This document shows positions 16,471 to 25,079 of a stretch of 25,097 nt of DNA, in pieces. This DNA comes from Acidobacteriota bacterium. GTDB lineage: Bacteria; Acidobacteriota; UBA4820; DSQY01. The stretch is from the NCBI GenBank assembly GCA_049967655.1, contig JBMFSH010000004.1:1-25097 (forward strand), written 5' to 3'. Each line of letters starts with the position of its first letter. Positions within the stretch are counted from its first letter, which is position 1. Under the pieces are notes generated by a model. That model made no database searches. It worked only from the letters and a program-made list of their open reading frames with translations, and had not been told where the DNA came from. Position numbers and translations under genes: made by a program.

Positions 16471-16946
16471 GATCGCTCCTCCCCGCCCGCAAAGGGCTTC
16501 CCCCGCCGGCCGGCAAAGTCGAGCAGGTTCCTGTAGTGGCGCAGGTCCTCCCGGCCCAGCCGGCCCAGGAGCCGGGTGAGGCTCGCCGGGAGGACCCCCT
16601 TCGAGAAGCGGGTGTGGTTTTCCGAGTCGTGGTTCTCGATCTCGAGGGCGAAGCGGATGGCCTCCTCGAGGGTGGGCGGGGCCTCCCGGGAGAAAGCCCG
16701 GATGCGGGCCAGGGCCTCCCGGATGTGGCTCTGTTCCAGGGGGGTGGGGACCTCGATCTTGTTCTGGCGCAGGAGGCGGCGCTCGTACCGAATGAGTATC
16801 GCGTGCGACCGCTCGTCCCGCGCCATGCGGTAGAAGAGGCTGGCCGCCTCCTCGTCCTCCTCGAAGAGCCGGCTGAACCCCTCGTAGAGGTCGCCCAGGC
16901 TCTCTTCCAACTCCTCCAGCGGCTTCAGCAGAGACTGCAGGTCCAT
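16467..16946 (-). CDS. Ferritin-like/rubrerythrin-family diiron protein
   Basis: 'LEELEE...LY', 'MARDERSH', 'FALEIE' and 'EDLRH' ligand pattern; GAGGG RBS; translationally coupled to rmlB. Confidence 0.75.
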
Positions 16947-17011
16947 CCCATTTCCCTCGCGCCGCTAGAGCATAGGCGGCCACAAGCACGCGCCGCCCTC
17001 CGGCCGGCTTG

Positions 17012-17875
17012 TCATTCTCCCGCAAACCTCTCTCGGGCGCCAGCCAGATAGTCTTCGAGCGCCTCGCGCCAGTGGCGGACCGCCCCGGCCGGCACCCCCT
17101 CGCCGCGCAGCCATGCGTGGGCCGGGCGGCGCGCCAGGCGGGGGAACTCGGCCGTGGAGCACGGGACCACGCGCGCCGGGAGCCCGAGCCTGAGCGCGAT
17201 GGCCCTGGCGAAATCGTACCACGTGATGGGGCCGCCGCCGCCCACCGTGTGGGCCACGCCGCGGGCGCCCATCTCGAGAAGAGCCGCCACCTGGAGGGCC
17301 AGCTCGCTCGTGTGCGTCGGGACCCCCCACTGGTCGTTGACCACCCGCACCTCCTCCCGGCTTGAGAGAAGCCCCCTCATGGTGTCCACGAAGTTCTTCC
17401 CGCGGCGGCCGTAGAGCCACTGGGTCCGGCAGATGAGCAGCCGTTCCGGAGGAAGCTCCCCCTGCGCCGCCCGCTCCCCCTCCAGCTTGCTCTCTCCGTA
17501 GGCGTTGATGGCTGGGCCCGGGGGATCGCCGGGAAGGTAGCCCTCGGGGCGGGTGCCCGGGAAGACGTAGTCGGTGCTCAGGTGAACGAGGAGCAGCCGC
17601 CGGTCGGCGCAGGCCTTGGCCACCATGCGGGTGCCGAAGGCGTTCACCCGGAAGGCCTTCTCGCGCTCCCTCTCGGCGCCGTCCACGTCGGTGTAGGCGG
17701 CGGCATTGAGCACCGCCTCGGCGCGGTGCGCGTCCAGGAGGCGCTCCAGCGAGGCCGGGTCGGTGATGTCCGCCTCGGGCAGATCGGCGGGCACGACCCT
17801 GTGGCCGGCCCCCTCCAGAATCGGGAGCGCGTCGGAGCCGAACATGCCCTTCGCGCCGAGAAGGATCAGGCGCAT
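17012..17875 (-). CDS. rmlD: dTDP-4-dehydrorhamnose reductase
   Basis: Motifs LLGAKGMFG, NAAAYTDVDGAE, STDYVF, YGESKLEGE, KNFV, VNDQWGVPT and RRP. Confidence 0.93.
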   Translation of the reverse strand: MRLILLGAKGMFGSDALPILEGAGHRVVPADLPEADITDPASLERLLDAHRAEAVLNAAAYTDVDGAEREREKAFRVNAFGTRMVAKACADRRLLLVHLSTDYVFPGTRPEGYLPGDPPGPAINAYGESKLEGERAAQGELPPERLLICRTQWLYGRRGKNFVDTMRGLLSSREEVRVVNDQWGVPTHTSELALQVAALLEMGARGVAHTVGGGGPITWYDFARAIALRLGLPARVVPCSTAEFPRLARRPAHAWLRGEGVPAGAVRHWREALEDYLAGARERFAGE

Positions 17876-17902
17876 GGCGGGCCGCTGTGGGAGGGAGGGT
17901 GC

Positions 17903-18094
17903 ACAGGGGACAGGGGACAGGGGACAGGGGACAGGAAGGGACAACCGCACGGCCTACAAGTCTCTTTCGACATCACCTCATCACCTCATCCCGAAATCTC
18001 GCTTCGGCTCACCCGGAGACGCGAGACGCGACGGTCAGGGGAGGGTGGAGAGTGGAGACCACCGGCCGCCGTCTGCCGTCTGCCGTCTGCGGTC
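17903..18094. repeat. Mosaic of tandem tracts: (ACAGGGG)4, 8-mer CTCATCAC-type, GCGAGAC-type, GGAGRGT-type, about 4 x TGCCGTC
   Basis: Read directly in the rmlC-rmlD intergenic region. Confidence 0.88.
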
Positions 18095-18132
18095 CCTCTT
18101 TCAGCCATCGATTGAGGACCATCCACTCCCCC

Positions 18133-18591
18133 CTACCGGTCCCTCGTGGTCCAGTCGTAGTCGATGACGCCGTTGCGGTGGGGATCCAGGCGGTACTCGT
18201 CGGGGTCGTCGTAGTTGTAGGTCTTGGTGGGCAGGTTGATGACGTAGGCCTCCTCGCACCCGAGGCACTTCCAACCGTGGTAGACCCCGATGGGGACCTG
18301 CACGAGGAGGGGGTTGTGCTCCCCGATCACGAACTCGGCGATCTCTCCCTTGGTGGGCGAGCCCTCCCGGGTGTCGGCGAGGACGAGCTTGACGGTTCCC
18401 TTCACGCAGACGAAGTGGTCCTTCTGGAGCTTGTGGTAGTGCCAGGCCTTCACGACGCCTGGGTAGGTCGTGGAGAGGTAGACCTGGCCGAAGGCCTCGA
18501 ACTCCGGATCGTCCGCGCGGAGCATCTCCATCAGGCGGCCCCTGTCATCCGGGATCACCCGCAGCTTCTTGACCTTGACGTCGTGGATCAT
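18133..18591 (-). CDS. rmlC: dTDP-4-dehydrorhamnose 3,5-epimerase family (RmlC-like cupin, short form)
   Basis: Motifs DDRGRLME, GQVY, GVVKAWHYH, DTREGSPT and VPIGVYHGW; ATGA overlap with rmlA. Confidence 0.88.
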   Translation of the reverse strand: MIHDVKVKKLRVIPDDRGRLMEMLRADDPEFEAFGQVYLSTTYPGVVKAWHYHKLQKDHFVCVKGTVKLVLADTREGSPTKGEIAEFVIGEHNPLLVQVPIGVYHGWKCLGCEEAYVINLPTKTYNYDDPDEYRLDPHRNGVIDYDWTTRDR

Positions 18592-19310
18592 GACCCTTCT
18601 CCTTCCGCGTACTGATTGGCGCGGGACAGGCTCTCGAAGGTCCCCGCGTCGGTCCACCAGCCATGGATGAAATCGTAGCCCATCTCCCCCCTGGCGATGT
18701 AGTGGTTGTTCACGTCGGTGATCTCGAGCTCGCCGCGGGCGCTCGGCTTGAGGGTGCGGATGATCTCGAAGACGCCCCCGTCGTAGAGGTAGATGCCCGT
18801 CACGGCCCAGCGGCTCTCGGGCTCCCGGGGCTTCTCCACGATCTTGGTGACCCTCTCCCCCTGGAGCGTGGCGACGCCGAACCGGTGGGGGTCGGGCACC
18901 TCCTTCAGGGCGATGCGCGCTCCCCGGTCCCCCTGATCCCGCCGGAACCTCTCGATCATGGGCGCGAGCGGGTCCTCGAAGAGGTTGTCCCCGAGGATGA
19001 CGGCCAGAGAGTCTCCCGCCGCGAAGTTCTCGGCCAGGTTCAGCGCCTGCGCGATGCCCCCGGCCTCGTCCTGCACCTTGTAGGTGAAGGCGCAGCCGAA
19101 CTCCCGGCCGGAGCCCAACAGGCCCACCACGGAGCCCATGTGCTCCGTGCCGGTGACGATGAGGATCTGCTCGATGCCCGCCTCGGTCAGCTTCTCGATG
19201 GGGTAATAGATCATGGGCTTCCGGCCCACGGGCAAGAGGTGCTTGTTGGTGACCTTGGTCAGCGGAAAGAGCCGCGAACCCGTTCCTCCGGCCAACACGA
19301 CGCCTTTCAT
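18588..19310 (-). CDS. rmlA: Glucose-1-phosphate thymidylyltransferase (short SpsI-like form)
   Basis: Motifs LAGGTGSRLFPLT, NKHLLPVGRKPMIYYP, ILGDN, VEKP, PSARGELEITD and WTDAGT; AAGGAG RBS. Confidence 0.9.
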   Translation of the reverse strand: MKGVVLAGGTGSRLFPLTKVTNKHLLPVGRKPMIYYPIEKLTEAGIEQILIVTGTEHMGSVVGLLGSGREFGCAFTYKVQDEAGGIAQALNLAENFAAGDSLAVILGDNLFEDPLAPMIERFRRDQGDRGARIALKEVPDPHRFGVATLQGERVTKIVEKPREPESRWAVTGIYLYDGGVFEIIRTLKPSARGELEITDVNNHYIARGEMGYDFIHGWWTDAGTFESLSRANQYAEGEGS

Positions 19311-19397
19311 GGACGCTCCTTGTTCGCAAGCAACGACGATCGTTATACCGCACTTTCTCCCACTCTTCCGCCGCGACGCGGGAGGGCGTGCCCAGCG

Positions 19398-20441
19398 TCA
19401 ATCCACCGAGGAGGGAGGCCGGGCGCCCAGCAGCCGCTCCACCGGAGCGCGAAGCTCCTCGGCCCCGGCGAGCGGCGTAACGAGAAGCCCCGCCTCGGTC
19501 TCCACGACCACCTGCCCGGCGAGGCCCCGCACGAGGGTCCTCGGGCTCTCGGTGACCACCAGACAGCCCCTGCACTCCTCCATCCGCCCGGGGCCCCACG
19601 CGGCGTTCCCCTCCGAATCCTTGGGAAGCAGCGCGTAGAGCACCGGGAAGGTGCCCACGTCGCTCCAGGAGAAATCGGCGGGCACCACGACGGCCCGCCG
19701 GGTCCGCTCCATGACGAGCCGGTCGAACGGAGTTGATGGCAGGGCCCTGTAGCGCTCCGGCTCGGCCCCCTCCAGCCAGGATTCGGCGGCCTCCCAGAAG
19801 CCGGCGGCGTGAAGCGCCAGCTCCTCCCTCAGAACTCCCAGGGGAAGCAGAAACATGCCCGAATTCCATGATGCTCCGGGTTCAACGAGCAGCTCCTCGG
19901 CCCTCTCGCGGTCGGGCTTCTCCACGAAGCGGCTCACGGCGAAGCCTTCCCCCGCGGGAGCCCCCGGTTGGATGTAGCCGTAGGAGCTCTCGGGGCCCGT
20001 GGGCCTGATACCCAGGATGCCCAGCGCCCCGCGCTCTCGGCACAGCCCCGCCAGCCGCCGGATCGTCGCACAGAAGGCCTCCGTGTCCGGGATGTGGTGG
20101 TCCGAGGGGAGAACCAGCAGCAGGCCCTCCGGCCCCGCCATCGACCAGGCCCGCACGGCGGCGAGGGCCACGGCCGCCCCCGTGTTCCGGGCCGCCGGTT
20201 CGGGCAGGAACTCCACTCCCGGAGAGGTGCACAGCTCCCGCATGGAGGCCTTCCCCACGGCCACGAGGGTGGCCGGCTCCAGGGCCAGCGCCCTCTTCAC
20301 GCAGGCGCCGTACAGGGTTCCGAGGGAGCCCAGGGGGACGAAGGGCTTGGGGCGCTCGGGCGAGGAGAGGGGCCAGAGGCGGCTTCCCGCTCCTCCCGCC
20401 AGAACGGCCACGTGCAGGTGGGCTTCGCCTTCCGCACTCAC
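19398..20441 (-). CDS. manC: Mannose-1-phosphate guanylyltransferase (no PMI domain)
   Basis: Motifs LAGGAGSRLWPLS..ERPKPF, EPAARNT, PSDH, YGYI, FVEKP, WNSGMF and WSDVG; GTG 20441 after GAGGAG. Confidence 0.88.
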   Translation of the reverse strand: MSAEGEAHLHVAVLAGGAGSRLWPLSSPERPKPFVPLGSLGTLYGACVKRALALEPATLVAVGKASMRELCTSPGVEFLPEPAARNTGAAVALAAVRAWSMAGPEGLLLVLPSDHHIPDTEAFCATIRRLAGLCRERGALGILGIRPTGPESSYGYIQPGAPAGEGFAVSRFVEKPDRERAEELLVEPGASWNSGMFLLPLGVLREELALHAAGFWEAAESWLEGAEPERYRALPSTPFDRLVMERTRRAVVVPADFSWSDVGTFPVLYALLPKDSEGNAAWGPGRMEECRGCLVVTESPRTLVRGLAGQVVVETEAGLLVTPLAGAEELRAPVERLLGARPPSSVD

Positions 20442-20493
20442 GGCGTCTCTCCTCTCTTCCGCCTCAACCGCCCCCCGATCATACCCCGCCGAC

Positions 20494-20521
20494 CTCCACT
20501 CTCCACCCTCCACCCTCCATG
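20494..20521. repeat. 7-bp tract (CTCCACY)4
   Basis: ctccact ctccacc ctccacc ctccatg; 20494-20511 is the exact reverse complement of 18040-18057. Confidence 0.8.
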
Positions 20522-20522
20522 G

Positions 20523-21026
20523 TCACTTCAGCAGGTTTCGGTCCGCCTCCACGGGGAGCGCTCCGCCGAGGTATTCCAGTAGGAGGCGAACCCGGTCCTT
20601 GGAGGGCATGGCCTCGAGGACCGTCCCCTCCATGCCGGCGAAGACCCCCTCTTGAAACCGCACCCTCTGGCCCACCCGGAACGGGGCTTCGGGCTCCGGA
20701 CAGAGGTAGCCGCGCCCTCCCTCGCGCTCCCGCCAGCGCTCGATGAGTTCGGGCTCCACGCAGGCGAGCCCCTCCCCGAAAATGAGCGGTTTGAGTACGC
20801 CGGGGAAATACCGCACCTTCGCGAGCTCGGCCATGGGCGACAGGTGGACGAAGAGATAGCCGGGAAACATGGCCTGGGGGAGAGGGCCCGTGTGCCGGTT
20901 TTTCACCTTGGGTTGGTAGCCTTCAAACCCCTCCTCCCCGAGAAGGATGAGGGCGATCTCCTCCTTGCGGGGCTTGGTGGCCAGAACGGCCCAGACCCGC
21001 CTGGCGCTCGACAGGTCAGCCAGCAT
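20523..21026 (-). CDS. NusG-paralog transcription antiterminator (RfaH/UpxY-like)
   Basis: NGN domain 'WAVLATKPRKEE' and 'MFPGYLFV'; KOW domain 'FRVGQRVRFQEGVFAGMEGTV' and 'RVRLLL'. Confidence 0.88.
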   Translation of the reverse strand: MLADLSSARRVWAVLATKPRKEEIALILLGEEGFEGYQPKVKNRHTGPLPQAMFPGYLFVHLSPMAELAKVRYFPGVLKPLIFGEGLACVEPELIERWREREGGRGYLCPEPEAPFRVGQRVRFQEGVFAGMEGTVLEAMPSKDRVRLLLEYLGGALPVEADRNLLK

Positions 21027-22190
21027 CTAGCCCCTTCCAGCGTAGAAGCTCCGAATCCCCTCGCACACCTCTTGGACCTCGGCCTCGGTCAGCTCGGCGA
21101 AGATGGGCAGGGCCAGGACCTCTGCGGCCGCGCGCTCGGTGTGGGGAAGCGCCCCCTCCGCGTAGCCCAGGAACCGGAAGCAGGGCTGGAGGTGGAGGGG
21201 CACGGGGTAGTAGATCATGGAGCCGATCTGGCGGTCGGCGAGGTGCGCCTTCAGTTCGTCCCGCCGCTCCGCCCGGATGACGAACTGGTGGTAGATGTGG
21301 GTGTAGCCCTCGGGGGCTTTGGGCGTGTGCACCGAGGGGATGCCCTTAAGGCCGCGCCGGTAGAGATCCGCCACCTCGGCGCGCCGCTGGTTCCAGGCGT
21401 CCACGTGGGGCAGCTTGACCCGCAGGACCGCCGCCTGGACCTCGTCCAGCCGGGAGTTGTAGCCGATCTCCTCGTGGATGTAGCGCTCCCTGCTGCCGTG
21501 TACCCGGAGCATGGCTAGGCGGTCGGCGAGGGCCGCGTCGTCCGTGGTCAGCAGGCCGCCGTCCCCCGCCCCGCCCCAGTTCTTGGTGGGGAAGAAGGAG
21601 AAGGCGCCGAGGTGGCTCAGGGTGCCGACGCGACGGCCCTTGTAGAGCGCCCCGTAGGCCTGGCAGGCGTCCTCCAAGACCTTGAGGCCGTGAGAGGCCG
21701 CCACGGCGTTGAGGGCGTCCATGTCGGCCGGCAGGCCGTAGAGGTGGACCGGCAACAGCACGCGGATAGCCACGCCCGTGGCGCGGTGCAGGGGCAGCCC
21801 CTCGGGGCCCTTGCGGCACTCCTCCTCCAGGAACCGCTTCACGGCGGAGGGGGAGAGGTTGAAGGTTTCGGGGTCGATATCGGCGAAGAAGGGCCGCCCG
21901 CCGGCGTTGTGGATGGCGCCGGCCGTGGCGAAGAAGGTGAAGGAGGTGGTCAGCACGCCCTCGCCCTGCTTGAGCCCCAGGGCCCTGAGCCCCAGGAGGA
22001 GGGCGTCCGTGCCCGAGGCCACTCCCACCGCGTGGGCCGTCCCGAGGTGCGCCGCGGCCTCCTCTTCGAGGGCCTTGCCGTGCTTGCCGAGGATGAAGTG
22101 CTGGGTTTCGAAGACGTCCTGAAGGGCCCGCTGCACCGCTTCGCGGATCTGGGCGTGCTGCCTCGTCAGGTCTAACACCGGTACGCTCAT
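21027..22190 (-). CDS. DegT/DnrJ/EryC1/StrS-family nucleotide-sugar aminotransferase
   Basis: Motifs SGTDAL, FTFFATA, PVHLYG, EDACQA, SFFPTKNWGGAGDGG, GYNSRLDE and IYYPVPLH; ATG 22190 after AAGGAG. Confidence 0.93.
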   Translation of the reverse strand: MSVPVLDLTRQHAQIREAVQRALQDVFETQHFILGKHGKALEEEAAAHLGTAHAVGVASGTDALLLGLRALGLKQGEGVLTTSFTFFATAGAIHNAGGRPFFADIDPETFNLSPSAVKRFLEEECRKGPEGLPLHRATGVAIRVLLPVHLYGLPADMDALNAVAASHGLKVLEDACQAYGALYKGRRVGTLSHLGAFSFFPTKNWGGAGDGGLLTTDDAALADRLAMLRVHGSRERYIHEEIGYNSRLDEVQAAVLRVKLPHVDAWNQRRAEVADLYRRGLKGIPSVHTPKAPEGYTHIYHQFVIRAERRDELKAHLADRQIGSMIYYPVPLHLQPCFRFLGYAEGALPHTERAAAEVLALPIFAELTEAEVQEVCEGIRSFYAGRG

Positions 22191-22218
22191 GGGTTTGGGC
22201 TCCTTCGATAAAGGCATG

Positions 22219-22247
22219 CTTATAGCACAGCGCCCCCGGCGAGTAAA
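22219..22247 (-). promoter_or_regulatory. Putative sigma70 promoter of the glycan operon
   Basis: TTTACT, 17 nt, TATAAG with a TGn extension. Confidence 0.5.
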
Positions 22248-22262
22248 GCATTTCAGGCCCCT

Positions 22263-22291
22263 TTGAGGGGCCGGTGGGACCGTGGTATGGT
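22263..22291 (+). promoter_or_regulatory. Putative divergent sigma70 promoter of pilT
   Basis: TTGAGG, 17 nt, TATGGT with a TGn extension. Confidence 0.45.
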
Positions 22292-22315
22292 TGGGGCAGA
22301 TTCGGAGGCTCCACC

Positions 22316-23395
22316 ATGGATTCCACGGTCTTTCAGAAGCTTCTCATCAGCGCCATCCAGAAGGGCGCTTCGGACGTCCACCTTCAGACCGGCCACCCCC
22401 CCATGATGCGGATCAACGGGGAGCTCCTGGAGGTCAAGTACCACCCCCTGGAGCCATCGGAGACCCAGGCCATCGCCGAGGAGATCATCGCCCACACCTA
22501 CCAGAAGCCCGACGTGGCCACGCTCTCGGAGTTGGACGTCTCCTACGGCATCGAGGGCCAGGGCCGCTTCCGCGCCAACATCTTCCGCCAGAGGGGCAGC
22601 CTGAGCATCGTCCTGCGGGTGATCCCCATCACCATCCAGAGCTTCGCCGAGCTCCACCTGCCGCCCGTCATGGAGCAAATCGCCAACCTCCGGCGGGGGC
22701 TGGTGGTCGTCTCCGGCGCCACGGGAAACGGCAAGTCCACCACCCTGGCCGCCATGGTGGAGCACATCAACGAGACCCGAAGGGCCCACGTGGTGACCAT
22801 CGAGGACCCCATCGAGTTCCTCTTCCGCCACAAGATGTCCATCGTGAGCCAGCGGGAGCTGGGCAGCGACACCCCCTCCTACGCCTCCGCCCTCCAGGCC
22901 GTTCTCCGCCAGGACCCGGACGTGATCCTCATCGGCGAGATGCGCGACCTGGAGACCGTGGAGATCGCCCTCAAGGCCGCCGAGACGGGCCATCTGGTGC
23001 TGGCCTCGCTCCACACCACGGACAGCGTCAAGAGCATCTCCCGGCTCATCGGCATGTTCCCGCCGGACCAGGAGGCCAGCGTCCGCGGGCGGCTGGCCGA
23101 CGCCCTCATGGCCATCGTCTCCCTGCGGCTCATGCCCCAGAAGGGCGTGCTCGGGAGGATTCCGGCCGTGGAGGTGCTCCGCGTGACGCGGACCATCCAG
23201 GAGTGCATCCGCGACCCCTCTAAGACCGCCGACATCCCCGAGTACATGGCCAAGGGCGCGGAGATGTACGGCATGCAGACCTTCGACCTGCACCTGCTCC
23301 AGCTCGTGAAGGAGGGCAAGGTCGAGCTGGAGGCCGCCAAGCTCGCCTCCAGCAATCCCGCCGAGCTCGAGCGCGCCATCCTCATGGAGGGCTGA
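22316..23395 (+). CDS. pilT: PilT/PilU-family type IV pilus retraction ATPase
   Basis: Motifs GASDVHL, RFRANIFRQRG, GATGNGKST, TIEDPIE, LRQDPDVILIGEMRD, AETGHLV..SLHT and GMQTFD; ATG 22316 after GGAGG. Confidence 0.93.
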   Translation: MDSTVFQKLLISAIQKGASDVHLQTGHPPMMRINGELLEVKYHPLEPSETQAIAEEIIAHTYQKPDVATLSELDVSYGIEGQGRFRANIFRQRGSLSIVLRVIPITIQSFAELHLPPVMEQIANLRRGLVVVSGATGNGKSTTLAAMVEHINETRRAHVVTIEDPIEFLFRHKMSIVSQRELGSDTPSYASALQAVLRQDPDVILIGEMRDLETVEIALKAAETGHLVLASLHTTDSVKSISRLIGMFPPDQEASVRGRLADALMAIVSLRLMPQKGVLGRIPAVEVLRVTRTIQECIRDPSKTADIPEYMAKGAEMYGMQTFDLHLLQLVKEGKVELEAAKLASSNPAELERAILMEG

Positions 23396-23520
23396 GGCGG
23401 GAGAGGCGAGGCGGCGGCTGGTGGTCCGCCGCCGGCCGTCGGCAGCCGGGCGTCGAAGACGAAGGTCGGCTTGAGGCCCCGGCTCACTCCCCTCCGGAAG
23501 GACAGGAAAGAGAGGACCTC

Positions 23521-23661
23521 GCCGCGGTGGGAGCAGCGGACATCGCCGTTTTGCGGGAGGCGGGGCAAGACGACCGGGCTATCCTGGGCCTCATGCTCGT
23601 GGTCGCCTATTTCAATTTCGTCAACCGCCTCGCCGACGGCCTCGGCGTGCCGTCGGAGTAA
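23521..23661 (+). pseudogene. C-terminal fragment of a carboxymuconolactone decarboxylase/AhpD-like (peroxidase-related) protein
   Basis: Translates as AAVGAADIAVLREAGQDDRAILGLMLVVAYFNFVNRLADGLGVPSE*. The upstream in-frame sequence is unrelated and has no CxxC. Not in the ORF track because it is under 60 aa. Confidence 0.65.
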
Positions 23662-23725
23662 GGTTCCTTGGCGCCCGGCTTTCGAAGCTGCCCTCTGGAG
23701 AAAGTCAACCCTCTTCGTCTCCGAG

Positions 23726-23734
23726 TGGTATAAT
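23726..23734 (+). promoter_or_regulatory. Extended -10 promoter of the TA pair
   Basis: TGGTATAAT ends 7 nt before ATG 23742. Confidence 0.65.
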
Positions 23735-23741
23735 AAAAGCG

Positions 23742-24095
23742 ATGGAGAGGACCGTGGCAGGCTCCAACCGCCTTCCTCCGTTTCGCCTTTGGCCGGCCGA
23801 GGTGCGGCGGCTCTTCTGGGACCGTGACCCCGTTTCCATCCGGCCAGGCATGCACCGTGCCTTTGTGATTCAAAGGATACTCTCCTGCGGTGGTCTTGGC
23901 GCCCTTCGGTGGCTCTGCTCCCTCATACCCAGCGATGAGCTTCGCCGCCACCTTCAAGTGCGCCATGGCCGCGAAATCGATCCCCGCAGGTTGCGCTATT
24001 ACGAGCTGATCCTCGAACTGAAACGAGCCGAAGTGACGGATTGGATCCGCCGCCAAAAACGCGGGCCGCTCCCCGGGCGAAGGGAGGGGGGCTGA
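23742..24095 (+). CDS. DUF6922-like protein, putative antitoxin partner of the AbiEii-type NTase
   Basis: 'LFWD.....I.....RAFVIQRILSCG....LRWL' pattern; TGATG coupling to the downstream gene. Confidence 0.68.
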   Translation: MERTVAGSNRLPPFRLWPAEVRRLFWDRDPVSIRPGMHRAFVIQRILSCGGLGALRWLCSLIPSDELRRHLQVRHGREIDPRRLRYYELILELKRAEVTDWIRRQKRGPLPGRREGG

Positions 24096-24718
24096 TGCAC
24101 ACCGAAGTCATGACTCTCCCCCAGAGGCGTGCGCTGAGGATGCTGGGGCCGCCATCTTCCCGGCACGGCTTTGTCCTGGCGGGCGGCACGGCCGTGGCGC
24201 TCCACCTGGGACACCGGCGTTCGGTAGATCTAGATTGGTTCACCGACCGCCCCTTCCCCGATCCCCTCGCTTTTGCGGCGCTCCTGCGCTCCGATGGTAT
24301 TTCCTTCGAGACGCAGGAAGTATCCACCGGAACCCTTCACGGTGAGGCGGCGCGCGTGAGGGTGAGCTACCTCGAATTTCGCTATCCCCTGCTGGAGCCC
24401 CCCCTTCCGTGGCCTGGGGGCAAGTGTGCCCTGGCCTCCCTGGCGGACCTTTCGGCCATGAAGCTGGCGGCGCTCGCCCAGCGGGGCGCCCGCAAGGACT
24501 TCGCCGACATCTTCGCCCTTGCGCGGGAGTACCGCCCTTTGCCGGAACTCGTTGGTCTTTACCAGCGAAAATTCGGCATCAAGGATCCCGGCCATCTCCT
24601 CTTCGCTCTCGCCTACTTCGACGACGCCGATGGGGAGCCCATGCCCGCCATGCTCTGGCCCGTCCGCTGGGGCGAGATCAAGAAGTCCCTCCGCGCTGCA
24701 TTGAAATCCCTGGCGTAA
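24095..24718 (+). CDS. Nucleotidyltransferase AbiEii/AbiGii toxin family protein
   Basis: Motifs FVLAGGTAVALHLGHRRSVDLDWF and AMKLAALAQRGARKDFADI. Confidence 0.9.
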   Translation: MHTEVMTLPQRRALRMLGPPSSRHGFVLAGGTAVALHLGHRRSVDLDWFTDRPFPDPLAFAALLRSDGISFETQEVSTGTLHGEAARVRVSYLEFRYPLLEPPLPWPGGKCALASLADLSAMKLAALAQRGARKDFADIFALAREYRPLPELVGLYQRKFGIKDPGHLLFALAYFDDADGEPMPAMLWPVRWGEIKKSLRAALKSLA

Positions 24719-24952
24719 CGCTCCGGCTTCTCCAAAAGGTTCGTCCCTGCTCTGCTTTGCCCGGTTCGCTTCGAGCGAGCTTGCCCCCGTACCCCGGTAC
24801 GGAGTCTGTACTGCCTGGGGTCAGATCTTGTATTGCCACATGGGTTTCATTCTTGCCGCTGCGCGGTGAACCCTTCTTTGCGTTTCGCTTCTTCGCGTCC
24901 GGCGTCTCGCCCCCCGCGCGGAGCCCTTTTAACCGCCTTGTCCGCCTTCTTT

Positions 24953-25079
24953 CTCCGCGGCCTTCGTGCTCTCCGTGGTAAATTCCATTTCCATAGGCCC
25001 GAATCGCGCTCTGGAGAGCGCTCCTACAGGGCTTTCGAGGGCCGCGTTTCCTCTGTGTCCTCTGCGCCTCTGTGGTGAA
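24953..25079. repeat. Two ~9-bp-period tracts ending in GTGGTRAA
   Basis: ctccgcggc cttcgtgct ctccgtggt aaa (24953-24982); ctctgtgtc ctctgcgc ctctgtggt gaa (25051-25079). Confidence 0.7.
25004..25027 (-). repeat. GTAG-type REP element, copy 2 (GTAGGA-GCGCTCT-CC-AGAGCGC-GA)
   Basis: Same length and layout as 11986-12009, with compensatory stem substitutions. Confidence 0.8.

Noticed and set aside
23700..24760. TA pair as part of an IS, integron or prophage
   Set aside because: No transposase, integrase, attC-like site or terminal repeats were recognised.
24764..24782. Hairpin GTTCGCT-TCG-AGCGAGC as an intrinsic terminator
   Set aside because: No convincing U-tract follows it.
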